Source: Antedon mediterranea (taxonomy: Eukaryota; Animalia; Echinodermata). From it: a stretch of DNA of 64,000 nucleotides. The notes below the pieces were generated by a model that was not told the origin of the DNA, did no database searches, and saw nothing but the letters and a program-made list of their open reading frames with translations. The translations under genes were made by a program, and so were the position numbers. The stretch's first letter is position 1, and each line of letters starts with the position of its first letter. Of this stretch, positions 1 through 12,400 are shown in pieces. The DNA is taken from positions 33,490,304 to 33,554,303 of the forward strand of contig NC_092671.1 of the NCBI RefSeq assembly GCF_964355755.1, given 5' to 3'.

Positions 1-12
1 TGAATCCTATGG

Positions 13-62
13 TCAAATTATAGAAACAGTACTCAAATATGAGTACTGTTTCTATAATTTGA
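13..62. repeat. Perfect 23-bp inverted repeat (hairpin, 4-nt loop)
   Basis: tcaaattatagaaacagtactca-aata-tgagtactgtttctataatttga. Confidence 0.85.
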
Positions 63-470
63 TAGTACAGTATGACTTATATATAATTTACACAGTGCTA
101 CGCAACACAATTGACTTACATATACACAATGTAATTACATTACATGTAATATGTTTATATGTCATAGCACTGTACAGAGCATCCGAAAGTCTAAAACAAC
201 CAAATTGTCCCATCATTAAGAATTGGGAGAACTGATTTGCGTTGATTTTTACCCATTTCTCTGTTGTCAATCGGTAAAAAACGTCAGTGATTATTCGAAC
301 GTACGTGTGATCTGAATATCCGCCATGTGAATCTGGTTCACTCAACTCAATTCGCCACAATTTAACGTCGACAGGAAAAAAGACAGGGATCGGCGTAATA
401 CAGATCATACACATGCAAGGTAGGTCCTAAATGTACACTAAATGATTTAAACATAGAAAAAAACACTTAC

Positions 471-3400
471 AGTATTTTCAATGATGTCAAGTTAGAGAAG
501 ACATTGGCTGAAAAATTACTAATGTCATTGTACTTCAAATTTCTATAAAATAATGAATACACATTCAAAGTTTCAAAGCCGTGTATGTTTTCAAATCTTT
601 AGGACGGCTTTTTCTAATTCTCACATCTTCACCGTTTATAAATTAAATAATTATTATTTTTAACATGTCACTGGGAGGTTTAAAACTTCTCAATGCATTT
701 CATTATAATAAAGTACAAACAAACCCACAAACAAGCATAATAGAGCGAGTCTATAACTGTTCTACTCTGTGTCCAAAGTTGGAGCACTACCTAGATTTTT
801 TTCGTACATAAGTTGGAGACTACTTCTTAAATATTATAACTAAATATAACCCTCTAAATATTCTTTCTCACTACAAAGTAAAAACAAAGTTGCTCATGGG
901 ATTCAAACTCCATACATCGATATGTAAAGTCTATTGTCTAATCCACTAGACTACACAGACGGCTCAACAGAAACCGTTTGAATTAGCGAATTGTATTGTT
1001 ACCTTATGAATATGACTAATGAATGTTCATGTTTATTTTGAGACGTTTCAACGTATGATCAAAAAGAGATATCGATTCCCGCATTCGTTAATGTGCAGTT
1101 TTGTTTACAAAGCATGGATCTTACTGAGTGCAGCACTCGGTGAACCGAATTGCGGAACTCGAGTACAGGAAATAATCTAGCATCAAGTGCTTGTAAAATA
1201 AAGTACTATAACTATTTAGAAAAGTTCACATTCATTTTGATTCGCTTTAACTGTATTCTGTGTCTTTTATGTGTAAACTGACTTTGGGGTTGGGTTAACC
1301 GGCTCAGCTACAGCGATGGACGACATTCCGCCTGCAGACATGATTACAGGAAAATGAGGTGTAGATTCAAGGACTCAAATGTTATTGTAGTTAAAAAATG
1401 ATTCTCTATTGTAGAAGACACTTAGGAATAGTGATGCATCCATTCACCATATCCGATGAACTAGTCGAAAATAACACATACAATGTCATGGAAGCGCTTC
1501 CTAGAGTTATCTAGCTGATTGGTCTTACGATTATTGAGGAAATTAACACATTGTGTATGCCGTCATACAATTCTGTGTAATTAATACGTCTTCATCGACA
1601 TATTTAAAGCTATTGAAATTATTTAAGCAGTAAAATTCGTTAGCGATCACTTACATAAATATTTTATGTATATCTTTATATTATTTTTTATATATCTGTA
1701 TATTTATTTTGATTCTTCTAGATTCACTAAAACCTAATAGCATCCTCGGTGTTTTACTTAAACCATTTAAATTTTGAAAGCCTAGCTTTACTAACTCAGA
1801 ATCATTTCAAACACGCCTATCTGTCGCGTCCTGGAGGACTATGTAGAGGCGGCGAATCACTGTCGTCGCTTATGTCATAGAAGTAACCGTCACGCTCTGT
1901 TAATATTGCCGTCCTCTTCGTTTATCGTCCCGATGCAAACGTTCCCTATTTTCAAAGAGCGACAGTCAAGTGATTTCAACCGATCAAGTTCTCGTGTTTA
2001 CATAGGCTAAATATAAAATATGAGAAAACTTCACTTACAATAATTCCAATGATTTCAAGTCAGAAAACATATTGGCTGGTAATGAACTTATATAGTTACG
2101 ACTTAAATCCCTTCAAATTAAAACAAAAATAAGTTGAAATTATACAGTAAGTTAAATATAAAGCTTTAGGGGAAATGTTCACCTGGATCTTTACAATACA
2201 TTGGTAAAATGTCTTTTTTATGATCCAATATTATAATATATTTGAATGAAACCGTTAAACTTGCTTTTGCAGGTTCCTCGACGCAAGAATAAGTTTAACA
2301 GTTTTTTTTGTAACGCTTCCGTACACATTTCAAATCCAATTTGTTTAGCAATTTCCAAAGGTTTTATCTTTAGATGTTTTTGTTGAAATATTCTAAGCAG
2401 TAAAATTCGTTTACGATCACTTACATAATTGTTTTATGTATATCCTAGTTTGTGCAGGCTGTGAATTTAGGTTTTATCTTTATATGTTTTTATAGTTATC
2501 TTTAAAGATGTATTGTCCCTTGAAACACAAAAAATGAAAAAAAAAATATTCTAAATTTAAATTGGCCATATCAAAGTAATATTAAAGTTATTCACTTTAA
2601 GTCGAAAATTCGAGCCAAAAACAACAATTTTACGTAATTAACAGGTAAATTAATTAGATTACATTTCATCTGGGAAATCGTCGCAAGCGAAAGTAAACAA
2701 AGATTTCAAACCATGAGTACGCATTATGCATGATGCTAATTAGGTTTGTTTACAACTCGTCACGGTTGAGAAGGTGTTTTCACACAGATCGCGAGGAAGT
2801 TTTATGATTATGCATACAGAGTATATTGTTTTTTTCTCGAGCCAGTTTTTGTTAAAAATAAATAACTAAATTGTGTAACATTAAAATATTCTCAAAAACA
2901 TTCATCTGGTTTCAAATGATTTATGTTATACATGTTACAGAATTTCACGTTCAAAACATATTAATGAAACGCATTAAGAGAGCACTGTCTACGTGTTGAT
3001 ACCCTGACTGGAGCTTTGAAAGAGTTAAAAACAAGAGAGAAACCAAAAGGCGTTGAAAGATCATGAGCAGAGTAAAGAATAAGAGAAATAAAAAATCAGT
3101 ATTGGTAGGCCTATACGTCATGTTGCAGGATTGACAGATGTCCATACGTCACTCGCGTGAACAATAGTCCATGGGATTTAGACTTTTAACTCACACAAAT
3201 TGCAAGAAAAGGTTTTTTGGATGAAATGTGTTCTTTAGACCCTACTGAACACATTTATCAACGTTAGGACGTTTTTCGACAACGGGAAGTAGCCTAATTT
3301 GCATAATTCAAAATGGCCGCCATTTTCTATAATTACACTATATCTTGAAAACCGCTAGTCACAGATAATTAATTATGGTGTCAAAATGTTTAAAATATAT

Positions 3401-6400
3401 GTTTTTATATTTACTTTAATGAAACTTTTTGTCCAAAAATAAATGGAAGTGCTATTTTTGACATTTTGACCTTTGACCTGGATTTATCATATCTCCTTAA
3501 CCACTAATCGCAAAGACACAAAATAGGGCTCAAATTGTTCAGAAGCTATTATTTCATATTTATTATAATGACATGTTTTTACACAAAATGGTCGATTCTA
3601 CAGCTGTTGACCTTTGAACTTTTAATTAAATAAAATTCCATAACTTTGAAAATATTGGTCTTATGAAATTATTTTTTGTTTCAAATTGTACAGACCATGT
3701 AAGTTTCTATCTAGTCTAAAGAAACATTTTGCACAAGAATGACCGATAGTACGGTTATTGACCTTTGAACTATATTTGCACAAGATTTGAACCCAGTATC
3801 ACCTTTCTATCTATATACATCCTACATTAGGTCATGTGATTTGGCCCTCTATAGTTTAAAAAAGTTTTAGTGATGACTTTGCAATTCCCAAACGTTTCCA
3901 AGGAATGTGGAAAAAAGTTTAGAAAAAGTTTTGATCAACTTCTTTCTTCAACTTTGCAACTTTTTATAGTATGGTAAGTGCATTTAAACAGTTTTTATAG
4001 TTTATTATTGAACTTTTCCATTTAAAAAACATATTAGGGTATGTATATATATATTGATATAAGTATATCTAATATTGAATTCGAACTTAGGCCTAGGTCT
4101 TGAAGGTTACTCAGGAGAAAATACTCCACATGCTTAAATGTTAAATCGAGGAGACGCTTGGCCCAGGCCTAGCTATTTAGACAATTAATAACTATTATGT
4201 ATAGGCCTAAAATTGTTGAAATTATTGTAAAAAGTAAATAAGCCAATACATAATAAATATTTTAAAATTACTTATTGTGGTTATGTATACTAATACGCAT
4301 GATAAAGTAGTTCCAATTAGTAGGCCTACATGGTAACCTATTATACCTATAATACTTATAATTAATAGTTAGGTACTGCTGCATAACTTTTGATACAGTT
4401 TTGATTTGATTAATTGTAAACAGATGGAACATCACTCAAGAAAGCAATTGGTAGGCCTATGGCATGTACTGTGGCTTTCGGATTAATATTTGATCAAAGA
4501 TATTAATACGCCATCGTAAGTTGCACAATAAACATATTGTTACGCCATAATATATCTAGTCCGAATTTGTACTTTCATAAATCAAAAACCTTTTGACTAT
4601 TCATAACTTCTATTTAGGTTTCAAATGGATCCTTCTACTTTTAACGAAGATGTGTGTGTATTTTGTAAAAGCCCAATTCACCGTGATTATGAAAATACAG
4701 TTAAACTGACTCAAGTGGGTGTTGACACTATCAACAGAGCAAACAAAGAAAGAAAAACATCATTTAATGTTCATATGCAACAAGTAGTTCATGCAAAATG
4801 TAGACGTGACCATTGCAACAAGAAAAGCATTGAAATAGCTAAAAAAAGAAAGGCGACAGAAAATTGTCCTCCTCCATCACTCAGATCTAAGAGGCCAGCT
4901 TTTGACTTTCCTTCTCAGTGTTTGTTTTGTTGTACGAATGTGCTTCAAAAAAACAATTGTCTCTGTCTAGATGTTTGTAATGTAGTAACCTTTGAATATC
5001 AGGAAAGTGTATTAAATGCGTGTAAAAAGAGATCTGATGAATGGGGTAATAATGTTAGGGGTAGAATTGAATGTGTTCATGATTTGCCAGCTGCTAAGGC
5101 CAAGTACCACAAGACATGTGATACTAATTTTAGAACCTCTCGTAAAATGCCATTAAAATTTGATAGTGGTAATAGAGAGAGAGCGGATTTCCGTGGCAGA
5201 TACTACACGAGAACAAGCGTTGAGGTCTATTGTAACCAATTTAATAGAAGAAGAAGAGGAATTAGTAACATTGTACGATCTCCAATCAAGAATGACAAAG
5301 ATGGGAATTGAACCATACAGTATTTCGTATATGAAGAAGATGGTCCAAGAAGAATTTGCCGATTGCTTGATGATAAGCAATATTAAGTGTAAGAATGTCA
5401 TTACCGTTATACAGAGTGTTTCTCGAATTCTTGATAAATTCTATAAAGAGAAAATCAATGATGAAGACAAAAAGGAAAGCATATTATTAACGGCAGCTGC
5501 ACTAATCAAGTGTGACATCAAGTCAATAGTTGAAAACCATAAAGTCTATCCAGAAATTGTAGGAATTGGTGACGTCAACAAAAATCTGCAGTATCTACCA
5601 GAGTCACTAAGAATGTTCCTTAATGAAACCTTTGGAAAAAACAAAATGGAAAACAACTTAAAGGTTTCAGCTATTGGCCAATGCATCATGCAGCAAGTTA
5701 GACCAAGAGGTATAATTGCTCCAATGCAGTTTGCTTTGGCGATGCATGTCCATTGGAAATATGGATCCAGCGATCTTGTAGATGACTTGAGTTGCAGAGG
5801 ATTTTGTATGTCATATGACGAAGTTAAGATGTTTAAAGCGTGCGCCTCATACCAAAACAAAGACCAGTTAGAATGTATAGGTGATCGATTTTGCCACTTT
5901 ATTGCCGATAATGTTGACCACAACTTACTTACAATAAACGGTAAGGAATCTTACCATGGGATGGGCATTATGGCTTCTATCACTCCACCTCTGCCATTTA
6001 ATCGATGTGTGGTAAGGAATTCTCAATTTATGAAGGTTAAACCAAAAAGCGTTGATATTGTGAAATATAGAAGACTGGGGAAGATTGGTGAACAGTTAAT
6101 ATACAAAACATTACAAACGATAGACACTGACGACGAAAGAAAGAATCTTGACATACTTTGGAAAGTAGCATATCCAATTAAAGTTAATAGACCAGGATGG
6201 TCAGGCTATATGGAACTTGCAACAACACCACGTGAAAATCCAGGCAAAGCATCATTCCATTTTTTACCTATGGTGGATTTGGATCCAACAAACATGTCAT
6301 GTGTTTATACGACATTAACATATGTAAATGATCTATGCACCAAGAACAAAATTACTCCTGTGGTTACTTTTGATCAGCCATTGTGGCTAAAGGCTAGACA

Positions 6401-9400
6401 CATCATTAGTAAGGAAGACTGCCTTGGAAACATCTTTCTTATACTTGGCCCTTTCCATACTGCAATGAGTTTTCTCGGTAGTATTGGAAATTGCATGAAA
6501 GGAAGTGGTTTACGCGCTCTTCTTGAGATTGCATATGGTGTCAACACAGTCAGTCACATGTTAGCAGGAAAAGCTTATGAAAGGGCTATACGTGGCCATT
6601 TACTGGTAGATGCTGCCTTGAACGCATGTGTGCTGAAAAAGGCTGAAGAAGATGAGAGTACCCATATTGCTGTTCATAAAGTTCTTCAACTTTATGATGA
6701 AGTAATTGAGTGTTCTGAATCTGTATTGGATGTTAATGATCCTGATCTAATGATAGTTATTGATAACATCAAGAACATCAAGCAGAAAATACAGAAGATG
6801 CCTACTGGAAAACTCTGGATACAGTATATGGAGATGGTGGACATCATCAGGTCAGCAATTAGAGCAAGTCGAACTAGCCAACCAATGATATATTTTAAAG
6901 CACTACAGGACATGATACCATTCTTTGCTGCATCCGGGCATAACAACTATGCAAAATCGTCACACTTATTCTTGCAAGATATCGCGGAACTTAAACACTC
7001 AAATCATCAATTATACAATCGACTTGTTGAAAATGGCAATTTCTTTATAAGGCGGTCAGATAAATACTGGGCTGGTTTGGCGTCCGACCTCATCATTGAG
7101 CAAGTGCTTATGAAATCCATAAAATCAGCAGGAGGTCTCACTCATGGACGAGGGATGGATGAAAGTCAGCGTACCCGATGGTTACAATCTATGCCAATAT
7201 TCGCACAGATATCACTTGAGATAAACAATTCTCAAAGAACCAGCACCAACAAAGATCTTGGAATGTCCAGAAGGAAACAAGATACAGAGGATACAAATAA
7301 GATCCATGAATACTTGCAAGATTACAGCCCGTTTGACGAAAACGAATATCTTTATAACATTGTTACAGGTATAACAGCACCACAGTCAAATGCTCATCAT
7401 GCCAAAGACATCGGTAATGTAATTCTCAAGAAGATGGTTGGTAACGCTTCATCAACGTTTGTTTTCAGAAAGAAGGACCAGATAAAGACCATGGGCCAAA
7501 AGATTGTTGCTGACGGCATTGAAATAGAAGTTGATCCTCAGGCTTTATTCCAGCGTTTACTTGTAATAGCTAACAATACAAACATAAACATAGAAGAACT
7601 CATGTGTCATGAGCTGTCTGTGTATCCACCTTCTTTATTCACCAGTAGTGGCATTCCACGGAATGCTGATAAGCCGCAATTGTTAGATGCAATCTCCAAG
7701 TACCAATCTTCAGCTAAAGACGTAATAGCGGATGATGCAGAATGTACAGTGTTTGATGGCGGATCATTAATTAGGCGTATACAATGGGAAAAGGGAGAAA
7801 CATATGGCGAGATTGCATTAAAATATGTCAACAAAGTTAAGAAGTACCCTTACTCAATTGTTGTGTTTGACGGATATGAGAACGAAGTTTCCACAAAAGA
7901 ATCAACTCATAAGAAACGGTCAAAAGGTATTACTATATCACCAGATGTTCAAGTAAAACCACACCATCACTTCAAGTTAGAAAAGCAGTCCTTTTTGGCC
8001 AACAAAAAAAACAAGCAAGCCTTCATTAATCTACTTTCAGAAACACTGAACAACTCTAATATTCTTTCAAAACACGCAAAAGGTGATGCTGATCTGTTGA
8101 TTGTTAAAGAAGCAGTAAAAATGGCAATGACACATGTCACGCATGTCATCGCTGAGGACACAGATATACTTGTACTCCTCTGTTGTCACATGAAGGCTAA
8201 CAGCAAAGCAATACATATGATCTCAGAAAAGCACAACAATAAGCATCCGAATTGGAACATTTCAGAACTGTCAGCCACACTTGGCAAAGATATGTGCAGA
8301 TGCCTACCGTTCCTGCATGCCCTATGCGGATGTGACACAACATCAAGTCTTTACTCAATTGGCAAGGGAGTGGTACTAAAGAAGAAATCCATTTGTGATT
8401 ATGCTGTGCCTTTCATTTCAAAATCATCTACACATGCAGAAATACAGGAGGCGGGTGAAAAGGCTATTATATTCATGTACGCCAGTGACAAATACAGTCA
8501 ATCACTAGATGAACTTCGGATCAGAAAATTTAAATCCAAAGTTGTTAAGAGTCTCAAAGGTATTGATGTAAAAAAACTTCCTCCAACAAGCAATGCTGCA
8601 AAATACCACTCATATCGTGTTTATTATCAGACACAAATCTGGTTAGATAATAATCATCTAAATCCAACAGACTGGGGATGGAAGATAGTGAAGGGTCAAC
8701 TATTACCAAAAATGATGGATCAGAAACCAGCACCTGAAACTTTAATGTCCATTATTAGGTGTAGGTGTAAAGGATTTTGCGACACACAGCGATGCTCTTG
8801 CAAGAAGAATGGTTTATTCTGTACGGATTTCTGTGAGGAATGTCAGGATGGAAACTGCATCAATGTTGAGATTTTTTATGAGGATGAGTCTCGAATGTAG
8901 ATTACCTGTTCCATTTTTAAATCTATATAATCATAATCATATTGATGGCAGATAATTATTAAATATCATCTGTTCATATATCGTTTTTAATCTATATACA
9001 GTAATCATAATCCATCATACTGATGGCAGATAATTATACAAATCTTATCTGTTCATATATCGTTTTTTTAATCTATATAATCATAGTCCATCATATTGAT
9101 GGCAGGTAATTATCAAATATCTTATCTGTTTATATATCATTTTTTAATCTATATACAGTAATCATAATCCATCATATTGATGGCAGATAATTATACAAAA
9201 TCTTATCTGTTCATGTATAGTTTTTTTAATCTATATAATCATAATCCATCATATTGATGGCAGGTAATTATCAAATATCTTATCTGTTTATATATCATTT
9301 TTTAATCTATATACAGTAATCATAATCCATCATATTGATGGCAGATAATTATACAAAATCTTATCTGTTCATGTATAGTTTTTTTAATCTATATAATCAT

Positions 9401-12400
9401 AATCCATCATATTGATGGCAGGTAATTATCAAATATCTTATCTGTTTAGATATCATTTTTTAATCTATATACAGTAATCATAATCCATCATATTGATGGC
9501 AGATAATTTTAAACTATAGAGGGCCAAATCACATGACCTAATGTAGGATGTATATAGATAGAAAGGTGATACTGGGTTCAAATCTTGTGCAAATATAGTT
9601 CAAAGGTCAATAACCGTACTATCGGTCATTCTTGTGCAAAATGTTTCTTTAGACTAGATAGAAACTTACATGGTCTGTACAATTTGAAACAAAAAATAAT
9701 TTCATAAGACCAATATTTTCAAAGTTATGGAATTTTATTTAATTAAAAGTTCAAAGGTCAACAGCTGTAGAATCGACCATTTTGTGTAAAAACATGTCAT
9801 TATAATAAATATGAAATAATAGCTTCTGAACAATTTGAGCCCTATTTTGTGTCTTTGCGATTAGTGGTTAAGGAGATATGATAAATCCAGGTCAAAGGTC
9901 AAAATGTCAAAAATAGCACTTCCATTTATTTTTGGACAAAAAGTTTCATTAAAGTAAATATAAAAACATATATTTTAAACATTTTGACACCATAATTAAT
10001 TATCTGTGACTAGCGGTTTTCAAGATATAGTGTAATTATAGAAAATGGCGGCCATTTTGAATTATGCAAATTAGGCTACTTCCCGTTGTCGAAAAACGTC
10101 CTAACGTTGATAAATGTGTTCAGTAGGGTCTAAAGAACACATTTCATCCAAAAAACCTTTTCTTGCAATTTGTGTGAGAAAAGGGTCATTTTTTAGCTAA
10201 ATCCCATGGACTACAAGGCTTTCGATGCAAGTAACCGAAACTTATCAAAAATAGTAAGTCTATTTTTGTTGTGGTTTACCAAATAGAAAAAAAATACTAA
10301 CATTAAAATGTCATATTCAACAAAAATATGTTAACAAATCATTTTTAGGGGGACAATACATCTTTACCATTCGGTCCGAAAAACAGAGCAAAGGTTATGA
10401 CGTCATAACAGTAAACAATGGTCGATCAAAGTTTTTTTTTCAATTTTAGTTGTAAAATTAACTGAAACATTTATGTATAATATTGTATGTGTAGATTGTC
10501 AATTTACTTTCAGTTTTCTAGATTCATTAAAAAGGGCATCCCTAGCCGCCTTTTTAATGGTTTTAATTAGGTGTTTTTAGTTTTTGAAATTTGCGAACCT
10601 AAGACTTGGTCTAGGTAAACGCAGAAACTTTTCAAACACGCCCACAAAGCCCGCGTCTACATGGTCTGCGGACTACGTTACAGTATCTATCTCGCTGGGT
10701 ATTATTATCTTAAAGATGATAATAGAAAGTTTATGTGGAAAATACAACGATTTATGAATTTCTTTAAAGATTTTCCAACAATATTTCACACAAATGTGTT
10801 CCATAAATCTCAACCAACTTTGATGACATTTTAATGTTGTTGTTAATTGTTAAATCTTAAAACGATGATAACAATTACAAGGGAGGATAAAACAAAATGA
10901 ATGAATGTACAGTAGACTTACAATCTCACTTATATGCAGCACTAAACAACAATTTAAAAGTATATAAACGTGATACACTTACAGTTTTTTCAATGATGTA
11001 AAACCTTCAAATAGATTCACTGTCAATTCACGAAACGCGTACTGCAATTCCCTTTTAAGTAAACACAACTTATAAGAATTTTGCATTTGAATATGTTTTT
11101 TAGCATTGGATGTTTCTATGGCAATTATGAAAATATTGAACGATATTATTTTAATGCATACCGTAATAACAAAGCAGATCTAACACTGATTTACGATAAA
11201 TTTATTAAAAAAATAATTCGACACTAAAACTATTTCATTTAATCTAAACCCTGCGAAGATATGACCACTTTGGATTAAATTTAAATAGTTTTTTTTTAAA
11301 ACATATTTAATGAGGGTGATCCATCCAGCAATTGCTAATCATTAGGTACCCTCAGAGGTTCACAAGACAAACATATACACACAAGATGCTCTACATAAAC
11401 AAAGTCTTATTACAAGTCTTTGGAGTGGATTTGTAATTTGGTTCTTAGAAAAAATCCTGACATGTGATGGGACTTCAACCCAGGACCCTTGGAGTGGTAG
11501 CCAAGCATCATAACACCAAGCCACAACTCCACTCCAGTTATATTGAGGTCAGTGGTCAAACAGGATTTTAGAAATGTGACAACATGAGTTTTTACAACCA
11601 GCTTCAAATATTCATAATACAATGTTTACATTGATCACGATGACAGGTGGGAATTACTGATTTTAATACTCCAGATAGAGAAAGAGAATAGAATAATACT
11701 AATATCGATCCATAAGATGAAGCTTTAATAAGTTGACACCGAATTAATACCCATGTTTACTATTATAAATGCCAATATATATTTTCAATAATATTTGATA
11801 CTGTATATTTTTCTATTTATTTTAGCGCCCTCTATAGATAAAACATTACCGATATTTCATTTTTCCAAGTTAAGATGGTCACAGTTCCTTTCGGCCGCCA
11901 GTCATGTTCATATTGGCCTTTAGTTATGGCGCGCAAATAACTTAAAATAATTGTATATATATGATACTTATTTACAGAATAAGCTGACCAAAAACGCTAC
12001 CTGCACCCAGTCTAGGGCTAGGCGTATATGATTTTGTTTGTCATTATCGTGCGATTTTCTTCATAAATATATAAAAAAATGGAGGCTGGCCAAAATACAG
12101 GAGGAGGGAGGTTATGCTATGCAACACGGATTTTTTTTTTCGGATGACAAAACTATCTTGGCAGACCTCATTTTGTTGAAAAAAAAAATACTGAAGGACA
12201 TGCCTATTGAGGAAAAGAAGCCCCTCTCCCGCTTTGTTTGTAATGCCGCCAGGCTTCTTTTCAAGATAAAGTATTTATTACTACTATCAAACTAAAGGTT
12301 CCGATTCCAAATCTCGGTTGAAAGTGAAATAATGGCTAGTAAAAATAGAGAAAACGGTCAGACCACCTTTTTTAACGAAAATATTCTTTATTTTTTTAAC

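Larger units (their letters stand above)
3165..10213 (+). mobile_element. AcademX DNA transposon, full length (7049 bp)
   Basis: Termini TAGTCCATGGGATTTAG ... CTAAATCCCATGGACTA; 3-bp TSD CAA (3162-3164, 10214-10216); TIRs 3165-3861 and 9507-10213; internal transposase+XPG+Cys8 ORF. TAG termini, a 3-bp TSD and this domain order define AcademX. Confidence 0.9.
2506..10363. mobile_element. Non-autonomous Kolobok-like TIR element (about 0.8 kb of own sequence) split by the Academ insertion
   Basis: TTAA|AGATGTATTGTCCC at 2502-2519 and GGGACAATACATCT|TTAC at 10350-10367. RR termini with a TTAA target fit Kolobok. The same left end recurs at 13558-13574. Confidence 0.65.

Noticed and set aside
88-414. 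108-aa minus-strand ORF
   Set aside because: No recognisable domain, intronic to the LRR gene, and no clear splice or phase fit.
4424-4450. Upstream coding mini-exon of the Academ gene
   Set aside because: Splicing to the acceptor at about 4617 is out of frame with the 4625 ORF and stops within a few codons; at most it is a 5'-UTR exon or uORF.
5546-8161. Minus-strand ORFs within the Academ gene
   Set aside because: They are antisense shadows of the long plus-strand ORF.
8912-9510. CRISPR-like array next to a nuclease ORF
   Set aside because: The units are contiguous near-identical repeats with no unique spacers, the context is eukaryotic, and there are no cas genes.
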